Counted from the stretch's first letter, positions 20,472-31,002 are shown. The stretch: 64,000 bases of DNA from an uncultured Armatimonadetes bacterium (GCA_963717145.1 OY970325.1:1344001-1408000); one strand, 5' to 3'. Numbers and translations: made by a program. Notes: a model not told the origin generated them from the letters alone.

Positions 20472-20534
20472 GGTTATGGATTCTGGGTTTTGGGTTATGG
20501 GGAACCCCGAAACCCAAAACCTACAACCCATAAC
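20472..20534. repeat. Heptamer inverted tandem array (GGTTATG / ACCCAAA)
   Basis: ggttatggattctgggttttgggttatggg...cccgaaacccaaaacctacaacccataac between terminator and ileS RBS. Confidence 0.78.
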
Positions 20535-20553
20535 AATTCTGTGGAGGTATCGC

Positions 20554-23500
20554 ATGTTCAAAGAGGTCAAGAGCGGGTTGAGCTTCCCTGAGATGGAGCA
20601 TCGATGTGCTCGAGTTCTGGGAGGAAGGACACATATTCGACAAGCTGCGGGAGAAGAACGCCGGCCATAAGCACTGGTCGTTCATCGACGGGCCGATCAC
20701 GGCGAACAACCCGATGGGCGTTCATCACGCATGGGGCCGCACCTACAAGGACATCTTCCAGCGCTTCAAGGCGATGCAGGGGTTCGAGCAGCGATACCAG
20801 AACGGCTTCGACTGCCAGGGCCTGTGGGTGGAGGTCGAGGTCGAGAAGGAACTCGGGCTCAACTCGAAGCGGGAGATCGTCGAGTACGGGCTGGACAAGT
20901 TCGCCAAGGCATGCCGCGCTCGCGTCGAGAAGTATTCCGCCATCCAGGCCGAGCAGTCGAAGCGGCTCGGGCAGTGGATGGACTGGGACCACTCCTACTA
21001 CACGATGGATGACACCAACATCGAGCACATCTGGCATTTCCTCAAGAAGTGCCACGAGAACGGATGGCTCTACAAGGGCCAGCGCGCGATGCCGTGGTGC
21101 GCCCGATGCGGAACGTCGCTCTCCCAGCACGAGCTGATCGATTCCTACCGCGACATGACGCACACATCGGTCTTCCTCAAGCTGCCGATCAAGGAGCGCG
21201 AGGGCGAGTACATGCTGGTCTGGACGACCACTCCCTGGACTCTGACCGCGAACGTCGCACTGGCGGTCCATCCGGATCTCGACTACGCGAAGGTGAAGCA
21301 GGCCGACGGCATCCTGTATCTCTCCGCCGGAACGGTCTCGCAGGCTCGACGGCGAGTACGAAGTGCTCGGTACGGTCAAGGGCAGCGAACTCGTCGGCCT
21401 CCACTACCAGGGCCCGTTCTTCGATCTGCCCGCTCAGCAGGGGATCGATACCGCAGGTCGTCGCGTGGGACGACGTCGGTGAGGAGGAAGGCGTCGGCGT
21501 CGTCCACATCGCTCCCGGATGCGGCGCGGAGGACTACGAGCTGTCTCAGAAGCTCGGCCTGCCGGTGCTCGTTCCGATCGACGAGAACGGCTACTACTAC
21601 CCGGGATTACGGCTGGCTCGCGGAGCAAGTCGGTCGGCGAAGTCGCGCGGATGATCTTCGAGGATCTCGAGAAGAAGGGCATTCTCTACAAGACTGAGGA
21701 GTACGAGCACCGCTATCCGGTCTGCTGGAGATGCCAGGACGAACTCGTGTTCCGCCTGGTGGACGAGTGGTTCATCGCCTGCGATCACATCCGCGAGCCG
21801 ATGACGGCGAGGCGCGGAAGGTGCGCTGGGTGCCGGATTACGCGGGCAAGCGCATGGAGGACTGGCTCAACAATATGGGCGACTGGTGCATCTCCCGGAA
21901 GCGGTTCTGGGGACTGCCGCTGCCGTTCTTCAAGTGCGAGTGCGGAGAGATGACGTTCATCGGCTCGCAGAAGGAGCTTGAGGAGATGGCGGTCATCGGG
22001 CATGGAAGGACTGAAGGAACTCCATCGTCCGTGGATCGACGATGTGAAGATCAAGTGCCCGAAGTGCGGCGGCACGGCGGAGCGGATCCCCGAGGTCGGC
22101 GACTGCTGGCTCGACGCGGGAATCGTCCCCTTCTCCACACTCGGTTACCTGAACGAGGACAGGTCCTACTGGGAGAAGTGGTTCCCGGCGGAGTTCGTCG
22201 TCGAGATGCGGGAGCAGATCCGCCTGTGGTTCTACTCCATGCTCTTCATGAGCGTGACCCTGGACGGGACGAGTCGCCCTACAAGTCGGCGCTCGTCTAC
22301 GAGAAGGTCCACGACGAGCAGGGCCGACCGATGCACAAGAGCCACGGCAACGCGATCTGGTTCGACGAGGCGGTCGAGAAGATGGGCGCGGACGTCATGC
22401 GCTGGATCTACGCCGGCTCGAACATCCAGACAAATCTGAACTTCGGCTATCAGCAAGGGCGATGAGGTCGTGCGCAAGCCTGCTCACTCTCTGGAACGTT
22501 TACTCGTTCTTCGTGACCTACGCTGTGGTCGATGAGTGGAAACCTGATGGGACGCATGGGACTGATGGGACCGATGGGTCGGAGCTGGATCGGTGGATCC
22601 TGTCGCGGCTGCAATGCCCTGGTGAAAGCGACCACCGACTCGCTGGAGGAGTACGACGCAGCCGAGGTCACCCGCTCGATCGACACATTCGTGGACGATC
22701 TCTCGAACTGGTACGTCCGCCTGAGCCGCCGACGGTTCTGGAAGAGCGAGTCCGACGAGGACAAGCAGTCGGCCTACTCGACGCTCTATGAGGTGCTCGT
22801 CACGCTGACCAAGCTGCTTGCGCCGATCATGCCGTTCATGGCCGAGGAGATGTACCGCAACCTGGTGCGTCTCGGTCGACCCGAATGCGCCGGAGAGCGT
22901 CCACCTCTGCGACTGGCCGGCCGCCGATGAGTCGCTGATCGACACACGGCTGATCGAGGAAACCGACGCCGTGATGAAGGTCGTCCGGCTCGGACGGTCG
23001 GCCCGGAACGCATCGGGGATGAAGGTCCGCCAGCCGCTTGCCAAGGTGACGGTCAAGCCGTCGAGCAAGAGCGAGAGCGAAGCCGTGGTGCGCAATGAAC
23101 GACTGATCCTCGACGAGTTGAACATCAAGGGTCTGGTGTTGACCGAGGACGCGACCGGCCTGGTCGGCTACACCATCAAGCCGAACCTGCGCACCCTCGG
23201 CCCGAAGCACGGAAAGATCCTCCCAAAGATCACAATTGCGCTGGCCGAGGCGGACGGCTCAGTGATCGCGGCCAGGGTCGCCGCCGGTGAACCGTTCGAT
23301 CTGGTGGTCGCCGGGGAAACGTTGGCCCTCGACTCGAACGATGTGATCGTCGAGACGACCGCGCCGGAGAACCTCTCCTGCGCCGAGGAGTCCGCCACTG
23401 TCGTCGCAATCGACACGCAACTGACCGACGAGCTGATCCAGGAGGGCATGGTCCGCGACCTGGTGCGCCAGATCCAGAACATGCGGAAGGATTCGGAGTT

Positions 23501-23684
23501 CAACGTCGACGACCGCATCACCATCGAGTACTCCGCGACCGGCAACCTGTCGGAGGCAATCGAGGCCTGGTCGGACTACATCCGACAGGAGACGCTTGCG
23601 AATTCCCTCACGCCCGGGGACGACTCGCTCGCGAAGGTGAAGATCGCCGGCGAGGAGATCGGGCTGAGTCTCGCGAAGGCGTAG
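20554..23684 (+). CDS. ileS: Isoleucine--tRNA ligase, type 2 (about 12 single-base frameshifts in this assembly)
   Basis: [69 protein letters not shown], type-2 C-terminus; Ile T-box upstream; segments collinear across frames. Confidence 0.95.
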
Positions 23685-23839
23685 ACTCGCTGCTTCGAGA
23701 TCAGGTCCCGGGTGTGCCGGCTCACTGGTATGCCCGGGTTCGACCGTCCACCGCTCCCGGTTTCACACAGCCTCCTCCAAGGTAAACTCAATCCGTGTAT
23801 TGCTATACGGAGCGACTACCTACAGAGGAGGATTTCCAC

Positions 23840-24679
23840 ATGTCCAGTTTCATGCGCGCTGCAGCGGCCCTTGTCGTCCTGCTGCTTATCGTGGTGCTGA
23901 TCGGCTGTGGGAGCGGCATCAACCGAAACAATGGTCTGATTGCATTCCAATCAGGGGCGAGCCCGGACATTTACGTCGTGAATGACGATGGAAGCGACCA
24001 GCATCTCATTATCGCCGATGGAAAAGAGCCCGCACTGAACCCCGGGAGGGCGGAAGTGGCCTTCGCTCGCGGCGGCAACATCTACAGCGTTGCTCTCAAC
24101 GGATCCGGGCTAACCAACATCACCAACCACGGTCTGGGAGTAAATGCGTCGAATCCGGCGTTCAACCATCTGGGTACCCGGATCGCGTATGTCTTGTCTC
24201 CAACGGTGCCCAACGCGATACGTACTATTTTCGTGATGGATGCTGACGGCGACAATGACAACTCCCTCACGCCGGGCGATGATCCGACGTTCAGTCCGGA
24301 TGACAGCCAGATCATCTTCGTGAATCAGCCTGATCTCTACAGGATCGACGCTGACGGTTCCGACTTGACTCGGCTCACCAACCATGCCCCCGGCGAACTG
24401 GTCAATGATCCATCGTTCAGCCCATCTGGTGACCGGATAGTCTTCGAGTTTGCCGCGTCCGGTATGTCGACGCCGAGCCTGCATTCGATCGAGATCGCAG
24501 GACTTGCCGAATCGGTCTTCCTGGACGACGCCGCTCAGCCGTCGTTCAGGCCACTCGGAAACCTGGTTGCTTTTGTGCGAGGTGGGGCGGTCTTCAGCGC
24601 CAATGTCGATGGCTCGGGGCCAAAGCAGCTTAGCGCGGGACATGATGACGCCGAGCCTGATTGGTCTATGAAGCACTAG
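23840..24679 (+). CDS. TolB-like (PD40 repeat) lipoprotein
   Basis: Lipobox LIGC; repeated P.FSPDG..I.F motifs; GAGGAG RBS before ATG 23840. Confidence 0.85.
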   Translation: MSSFMRAAAALVVLLLIVVLIGCGSGINRNNGLIAFQSGASPDIYVVNDDGSDQHLIIADGKEPALNPGRAEVAFARGGNIYSVALNGSGLTNITNHGLGVNASNPAFNHLGTRIAYVLSPTVPNAIRTIFVMDADGDNDNSLTPGDDPTFSPDDSQIIFVNQPDLYRIDADGSDLTRLTNHAPGELVNDPSFSPSGDRIVFEFAASGMSTPSLHSIEIAGLAESVFLDDAAQPSFRPLGNLVAFVRGGAVFSANVDGSGPKQLSAGHDDAEPDWSMKH

Positions 24680-24776
24680 CTCCCGCCGCATCATGTATGT
24701 AGCCGCACCAGGCCACAAACAACCGACCTGGTGCATGATTGGTGTTTGCAGCTTCGCAAGCGGAGGAGATAATAGT

Positions 24777-24804
24777 GGAACCTTAAGCCGTTTCCATACG
24801 TCAA
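24777..24804 (+). promoter_or_regulatory. Putative ECF sigma promoter
   Basis: GGAACC-16 bp-CGTCAA, 35 bp upstream of ATG 24840. Confidence 0.55.
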
Positions 24805-24839
24805 AATCGGTACCGCAGGAAGAAAGGCAGGTTTCACGG

Positions 24840-25472
24840 ATGAACAAATTCTATCGAACCCTTGCGATCTCCGGCATGCTCGTCGTCTTCTCCTTCTCCA
24901 TCGCAGCCCCAACCTTTGCGGGCACGGAGGGAAGGCGGAACACGGCGGTTGCCCTTACCGCAGCCACCGCCTACAGCTTTCTACAGAAGAACGACAGGGC
25001 GGCCCTGCTCGGCGGACTGGCGTCGGCTCAGGCGTGGAAAAGCTATGAGGATTCCCGCAAGCGTGACAGCCGGCAGAAGAGCAGCAGTTACTCGCGCGCA
25101 TCTTACGCAAACTACTCTCGCCCTGCAAACTCCAGGTCAAGCACGTATGCACGGCCCGCGGTCTATCGGACTACATCGTCGTCTGCATCGAGCACAGGAA
25201 CTGCCCAGTTGAAGGCTAAGCTCCAGAAGCTCGAGGCGCAGAATGCCGAGTTGAGACGCGAGGCGGAGATCAACCGGCTGAAGGCGGAGAACGTCGCACT
25301 GGCGAACGAACTCGCACAGCAGAGAGGCACCCTGGTCAATCAGAGCGCTGAGATCGCCGACACCCGCTCCAGCATGTCGACGTTTCACACGGCCATCACG
25401 GCGGTGGTCATACTGCTGGCCATCGGTCTCATGTTCGGGGTCAGCAAGCTGTCGAGGATCCGCAGTAACTGA
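24840..25472 (+). CDS. Secreted/membrane-anchored coiled-coil protein
   Basis: Signal peptide, GRRNTAVAL, Ser-rich linker, coiled coil, C-terminal TM helix. Confidence 0.7.
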   Translation: MNKFYRTLAISGMLVVFSFSIAAPTFAGTEGRRNTAVALTAATAYSFLQKNDRAALLGGLASAQAWKSYEDSRKRDSRQKSSSYSRASYANYSRPANSRSSTYARPAVYRTTSSSASSTGTAQLKAKLQKLEAQNAELRREAEINRLKAENVALANELAQQRGTLVNQSAEIADTRSSMSTFHTAITAVVILLAIGLMFGVSKLSRIRSN

Positions 25473-25486
25473 ATAACGTATTTCAG

Positions 25487-25521
25487 AAAGGGGGTCTGTC
25501 CGATGACAGACCCTCTTTTTT
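25487..25521 (+). terminator. Rho-independent terminator
   Basis: GGGGTCTGTC-CGAT-GACAGACCCT followed by a T-run. Confidence 0.85.
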
Positions 25522-25575
25522 GTAAGAGGTTCTGGCCGGCGGTGTGTCGTATGGATATGTGACACGGAGGCAGAC

Positions 25576-27615
25576 GTGAATTCCATGCGAATGATGCTCT
25601 TGATGCTCATCCTGACATGCGGAATGGAGGCCGGAATGGAGACACTCAAGGTCGGTGCAGTACAGGACCGGCGCTTCGATGAGGTGCGTCATCTCGATAT
25701 GACTTACAGCTGCAAGGCTCCGACGACCGTCGAGGCGTGGAAGCAGCGGGCGGAGCACCTGCGGGCGCAGATACTCACCGGCGCGGGCCTGATGCCGATG
25801 CCCGAGAAGACGCCGCTCAACGCAAGGGTCTTCGGCCGGATCGAGCACCAGGACTACGCCGTCGAGAAGGTCTACTTCGAGAGCTTCCCCGGCTTCTACG
25901 TCACCGGCAACCTCTACCGTCCCAAGGGCAAGGGGCCGTTCCCCGCTATCCTCAACGCGCACGGACATTGGGCCAGCGGCCGGTTGGAGGACACGGATCG
26001 GAGTTCGATCCCCGGACGGTGCATCACCTTCGCCAGGCAGGGCTACGTCGCCTTCTCCATCGACATGATCGGCTACAACGACTCCTCACAGCTCAAGCAC
26101 CGCGAGGATCTGATCGGCGAACGGTTCCGCCTGTGGGGGATCGGCATGGGCGGGCTGCAGCTCTGGAACAGCATCAGGGCGGTCGATTTCCTGCTCGGCC
26201 TGCCCGATGTCGATCCCGATCGGATCGGCATGACCGGCGCATCCGGCGGCGGGACGCAGACGTTCCTGCTCACAGCGGTCGATGATCGAGTGAAGTACGC
26301 CGCGCCGGTGAACATGATTTCGAGCACGATGCAGGGCGGGTGCGTCTGCGAGAACCCGCCGCTGATCAGGGTCGACACGAACAACATGGAGATCGGGGCG
26401 ATGGCCGCTCCCCGCCCGTTGATGATGATCTCGGCAACCGGCGACTGGACGAAGCTGACGCCGGAGGTCGAGTTCCCGGCGGTGAAAAGCGTCTACGATC
26501 TGCTCGGGGCATCGGAGAAGGTCGCCTGCGTGCGGATCGATGCCGAGCACAACTACAACAAGGACAGCCGGGAAGCCGTCTACGCCTGGTTTGGCAAGTG
26601 GATTCTCGGCAACCCCGACGCCAACGCGTTCAAGGAGCAGCCGTTCCAGGCGGACAAGCCGGAGGATGTCCTCGTCTTCGGCAAGTATCCGCATCCCTTG
26701 AATGCCCTCGATGCGGACGGGATCGTCCGGAGCCGGATCGAGGCGTCGGAGAGGCAGGTTGCATCGAAGAAGCTACACGACGCCGAATCGCTCGCGGCCT
26801 TCAGGAAAACGTATGCCGATGCGCTTCGTCACGCTCTGGCGGTCGAGACGCCGACTGTCGGGGATGTCGTCTCCGAGAACCGCGGCACTTCGCTCGGTGA
26901 TGGAGTGGAGGCGACGAAGTTCGTGATCGGACGGAAGGCCAAGGGGGATACAATCCCTGCTCTGTACCTGAGGGCCGAGGGAAAAGTCGAGCAGGACGTA
27001 ATCGTAGTCGTTCACTCCGGGGGGAAGGCTGCGCTCTTTGAGAATGACAAGCCGACATCCCTCGTCCGCGGTCTGCTCGACAAAGGTCATGCCATGCTTG
27101 CCATAGACTGCTTCGGGATCGGGGAGCATTCCGCTCCACCCGAAGCCGCCGATCGGACGAAGCGGTACGGGTTCTTCGATACCTACAACCGGACGGACAC
27201 CATGGAACGGGTACAGGACATCCTCACCGCCGTTGCCTTCATGAGACTACCGTCGCCAGTCAGCCTGATGGGCATCAGCCTGATGGGGATTGGGGACGGC
27301 GGACTGTGGTGCCTGCTCGCCCTGCCGTTTGCGCCAAAGATCGAATCGGCAGTTGTGGACGTCGCCGGGTTCGACACGTCGAGCGACGAGGAGTTCATCG
27401 AGCGGCTGTATACCCCTTCCCTACGGAGAGTCGGTGATCTGCGAACCGCCGGGGCGCTCGTTGCGCCGAGACGGCTCGTGATCCACAACACGGGCGGGCG
27501 CTTCGAGACCGAGTTCATCCGCGATGCGTACAAGGCTTCCGGGCATCCCGAGTCACTGGCGGTGAGACGCATGCCGGCGTCGGATCTGGCGATCATCGAG
27601 TGGCTGCGGCGGTAG
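25576..27615 (+). CDS. Acetylxylan esterase-like double alpha/beta hydrolase
   Basis: VTGNLYRP, HGHW, GMTGASGGGTQT nucleophile elbow, GGCVCEN, HNY. Confidence 0.85.
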   Translation: MNSMRMMLLMLILTCGMEAGMETLKVGAVQDRRFDEVRHLDMTYSCKAPTTVEAWKQRAEHLRAQILTGAGLMPMPEKTPLNARVFGRIEHQDYAVEKVYFESFPGFYVTGNLYRPKGKGPFPAILNAHGHWASGRLEDTDRSSIPGRCITFARQGYVAFSIDMIGYNDSSQLKHREDLIGERFRLWGIGMGGLQLWNSIRAVDFLLGLPDVDPDRIGMTGASGGGTQTFLLTAVDDRVKYAAPVNMISSTMQGGCVCENPPLIRVDTNNMEIGAMAAPRPLMMISATGDWTKLTPEVEFPAVKSVYDLLGASEKVACVRIDAEHNYNKDSREAVYAWFGKWILGNPDANAFKEQPFQADKPEDVLVFGKYPHPLNALDADGIVRSRIEASERQVASKKLHDAESLAAFRKTYADALRHALAVETPTVGDVVSENRGTSLGDGVEATKFVIGRKAKGDTIPALYLRAEGKVEQDVIVVVHSGGKAALFENDKPTSLVRGLLDKGHAMLAIDCFGIGEHSAPPEAADRTKRYGFFDTYNRTDTMERVQDILTAVAFMRLPSPVSLMGISLMGIGDGGLWCLLALPFAPKIESAVVDVAGFDTSSDEEFIERLYTPSLRRVGDLRTAGALVAPRRLVIHNTGGRFETEFIRDAYKASGHPESLAVRRMPASDLAIIEWLRR

Positions 27616-27616
27616 C

Positions 27617-28762
27617 TCAACCGGCGGCCAGAGCTCCTCCATCGTGACGATGCCGCCCTTATCGACGGCAGCACGAACCAGCAGCCCGGTGAGCACCGAC
27701 TCATAGGCCGTGCGCGGTCCGCTGATCGTCTGGCCGCCGGACTTGATGCACCTGAAAAAATCGGACAGCAACTCCCGTGTGTTGTTCGCAGTCGTCCCGA
27801 CCTCTTTCACCGTCGGCGTGACCTTCGGGTCGTCCTTCATCTTGTAGGTGAACTTGCCGAGGCCCAACTCGCAGCCACCCTTGGGACCTGCCACCCGCTC
27901 GTAGGTGCCCCTGAACGCGTCGGTGTTCGGGCAGATCCATGAATGGTGGAACATCAGCGTGAACCCGTTCTCCCACTCGATGGTCGAAGTGTAGTAATCC
28001 GTCACATCGCGGTTCGGCTCGACGAAGATGTCCTTCCGACCCTTCCCGAACGCTCGGACCGGCCTCGATCCGAGCAGCCAGCAGTAGACGTCCCACGTAT
28101 GAATCGCCTGCTCGAGCATCCAGTCGCCGGAGTACTTCCTCTGCGCGAACCAGCCCCGCAGGCGCCGACGCGTTGTCCCATGCCGCCCGTCCTTCGACGA
28201 GCGGACCCACTTCCCCGGCCTGGAGGAGCTTGATCGACTCTATGTACCGCGGATCGGTTCGGCGCTGGCAGCCGATCTGGGCGACGAGCTTGGGGTTCTG
28301 ATGCTGCGCCTGCAGGATGGTCTTCCCTTCCTTGATACTGATGCTCATTGGCTTCTCGCCATAGAAGTTCTTGCCGGCGCCGTAGCAATCGTTGTACATC
28401 GCGCCATGCCAGTAACACGGCGTGGCGATCACGACCGCATCGAGGTCTTTGCAGGCGAGGAGGTTGCGGTAATCCCGGTCATCCTTCCCATAGGTCTCAG
28501 GCTTCCGCTTCTGGGCCTTCTCGACTGCGGCGACGGCCTTGTTGAGGTTGTCAGGAGCGACATCGCAGATCGCGAGGATGTCGACACTCCCGAGCGCCAG
28601 AAGCTCGTTTAGCAGCACCGTGCCCCTGTTGCCGACTCCGATGCATCCGACGCGCATTCGATCGGTCTGCCCGAACCCCGGGCCGCCGATCGCGACCTGT
28701 CCGAGCCCGACCGCTGCGCTTATCTTGAGGAAATCACGCCTCGTGTATGTCTTATCCTGCAC
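27617..28762 (-). CDS. Tat-exported Gfo/Idh/MocA oxidoreductase (frameshift near 28160, probably another at the 3' end)
   Basis: TRRDFLK Tat motif, IGVGNRG, IATP..WH, EKPM; second frame SGDWMLEQAIHTWD; GTG start after GGAGG; 3' end inferred. Confidence 0.85.
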
Positions 28763-28838
28763 GGGTACTACCTCCGGGGCGGAAACAAACTCCGCCCTCA
28801 ATGGAGTTATACGCCCCCGCGGGCCGTAGTACCTCTGC

Positions 28839-28926
28839 ACTCGCCCTGTCATTCCGAACGCAGTGAAGAATCTAGCACTCTGCGTCAAGCCGGATTCTTC
28901 ACTGCGTTCAGAATGACAGGGCGAGT
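28839..28926. repeat. Long REP-like palindrome (TGTCATTC...GAATGACA family)
   Basis: ACTCGCCCTGTCATTCCGAACGCAGTGAAGAATC ... GATTCTTCACTGCGTTCAGAATGACAGGGCGAGT. Confidence 0.85.
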
Positions 28927-28929
28927 AGC

Positions 28930-29571
28930 TTATGTCAGGTACTTCGCAAACCAGTCGCGGGCGAGGCGCGCGACCTCCTCCAGCGTGCCCGGCTCCTCGA
29001 AGAGATGCGTCGCTCCGGGAACGATCTTCATCTCCTTGATGCCGGAGAGATGTTCCATCGCCTCCTGGTTCATCGAGATCACCGGCCAGTCGTTACCGCC
29101 GACGATCAACAGTGTCGGCGCGGTGACTTCGGGTAGGTATGGGATGGCCAGATCGGGACGCCCGCCACGCGAGACGACCGCCTTGATCTCGTCGCCGGAC
29201 TCCGAGGCCGCCTGGAGTGCCGCCGCCGCGCCCGTGCTCGCGCCGAAGTACCCGATTGTCACATCCTTAGTCTCCTCATTCGACGCAACCCATGCAGTCG
29301 CGCCCACGAGACGCTCGGCAAGAAGGTCGATATCGAACACCTTCCGCCGATCGTCCGATTCCCATTCCTCGAGTAGATCCAGCAGGAGCGTCGCCTGCCC
29401 GCCCTGCTGCAGGACCTCCGCCACAAAGCGGTTCCGGGGGCTGAACCGGCTGCTCCCACTCCCGTGCGCGAATATGACGATCCCCTGAGCGCCCGGCGGG
29501 ATCCTCAGATCACCCTCGAGGTGCACGTCTCCGGCCTGGATGCTGACGGGGCGTTCCATCACTGTGCCCAT
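28930..29571 (-). CDS. Dienelactone hydrolase family alpha/beta hydrolase
   Basis: FAHGSGSSRFSPRN, GYFGASTGAAAAL, VSRGGRPDLA, GATHLFEEPG. Confidence 0.9.
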   Translation of the reverse strand: MGTVMERPVSIQAGDVHLEGDLRIPPGAQGIVIFAHGSGSSRFSPRNRFVAEVLQQGGQATLLLDLLEEWESDDRRKVFDIDLLAERLVGATAWVASNEETKDVTIGYFGASTGAAAALQAASESGDEIKAVVSRGGRPDLAIPYLPEVTAPTLLIVGGNDWPVISMNQEAMEHLSGIKEMKIVPGATHLFEEPGTLEEVARLARDWFAKYLT

Positions 29572-29722
29572 GATTGACCTCCTGTTAACGGATCGGACCG
29601 ATTCCTGCTATCAAGGTTTCGTTCCCGCAGGGGACGCAGCGCAAAACATCGGCGTGCGGCTGCCTTCCTGCACACAGAGGGCCGGATAAGTGGTATCATA
29701 TGCGCGACGGAGGGGACAAGAG

Positions 29723-30949
29723 ATGGGATCAGAGATCGGGATTGAGAAGAGAAGCCTCCTGCGCTCGCTCGGGCCGGGGTTCATCACCGCTGCGGTGGTG
29801 ATCGGGCCGGGAAGCGTCACGGTGGCATCGAAGATCGGCGCGTCGGCCGGCATGAGCCTCCTGTGGGCGGTGATCGTCGCAGGGAGCTTCATGATGCTCT
29901 ACACTGCGATGTCCGCACGCATCGGGGTGCTGAACAAGCACTCGCTGCTGACACTCGTTGCGACGCACTACGGGAGGTGGCTCGCCGTCGTGATGGGCAT
30001 CCTCGCGTTCGTGGTGTGCGCGTCATTCCAGATGGGCAACTACCTCGCGTGCAGTACGGCCCTCAAGACGTTGACCGGCATCCACGAGATGGTCTGGATG
30101 GCGGTGGTCGGCCTGACTGCGCTTGTTTTCGTCTTCGCAGCGAAGAAGCTCTACCAGGCGATGGAGAAGGTGATGCTCGCGCTCGTCATGTTCATGCTGG
30201 TGGCATTCATCATCAATCTGATCGTGTCGAAGCCAACCCTCAGCGAGGTCTTCGCGGGCCTGATCCCGAGCCGATGGCCCGGAGCGATGACCGGCCTCGT
30301 CACCGCGATGGTCGCGACGACCTTCTCCGTGATCGCAGCGCTCTACCAATCGACGATGGCCCAACAGAAGGGATGGGGCGCGAGCGATCTCCGACTCGGC
30401 TTGACTGACACGATGGTCGGCATCGGCGTTCTCACGGGCATCTCGATAGTGATCACAATGACATCGGCGTCGGTCCTGCGAGGCGCGGTCATTGCTGATG
30501 CGAGCGATCTGGCAAGGCAGCTCGACCCGCTCCTCGGGCATGCGTCGGTGATCATCTTCAGCCTCGGATTCCTGGCAGCTTCGTTCAGCTCGACGATCGT
30601 GAACGCAATGATCGGTGGCGGACTGCTTGCCGACTCGATGGGGATGAGTTCGGACATCAACGCCCGGCCATCACGGATGCTCACTGCATTCGGCATGGCA
30701 GTCGGGATGGCGGCGGGCATCTACACGCTTTTCACGAACACTCCACTCGGCGGGATCGTCCTGGCCCAGAAGAGCACAATCCTGGCGGTCCCTCTCTGCG
30801 CGCTGGTGATGATCGTGCTCGCGAACGACAAGCGCGTGGTCGGCACACACCGCAACTCGCTCCTGTCGAACGCCTGGGCGGTGGTCGCACTCCTGGTGCT
30901 CGTCTGGATGAGCGTCTATCGGGTGATGGAGATGGTGGGAAATGGTTGA
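29723..30949 (+). CDS. Nramp-family (YcsG-like) membrane transporter
   Basis: LGPGFITAAVVIGPGSVT; about 11 hydrophobic segments; AASFSSTIVNA. Confidence 0.85.
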   Translation: MGSEIGIEKRSLLRSLGPGFITAAVVIGPGSVTVASKIGASAGMSLLWAVIVAGSFMMLYTAMSARIGVLNKHSLLTLVATHYGRWLAVVMGILAFVVCASFQMGNYLACSTALKTLTGIHEMVWMAVVGLTALVFVFAAKKLYQAMEKVMLALVMFMLVAFIINLIVSKPTLSEVFAGLIPSRWPGAMTGLVTAMVATTFSVIAALYQSTMAQQKGWGASDLRLGLTDTMVGIGVLTGISIVITMTSASVLRGAVIADASDLARQLDPLLGHASVIIFSLGFLAASFSSTIVNAMIGGGLLADSMGMSSDINARPSRMLTAFGMAVGMAAGIYTLFTNTPLGGIVLAQKSTILAVPLCALVMIVLANDKRVVGTHRNSLLSNAWAVVALLVLVWMSVYRVMEMVGNG

Positions 30950-31002
30950 TGGTTGATGGCTGATGGCCCCCCATTAACCATCAACAATCAACCATTCACC
31001 AT
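30941..31002. repeat. Heptamer inverted tandem array (GATGGTT / AACCATC), second copy
   Basis: aatggttgatggttgatggctgatgg-ccc-ccattaaccatcaacaatcaaccatt. Confidence 0.8.

Noticed and set aside
20554-23684. Programmed frameshifting in ileS
   Set aside because: About twelve shifts in both directions without consistent slippery sites; fits sequencing error.
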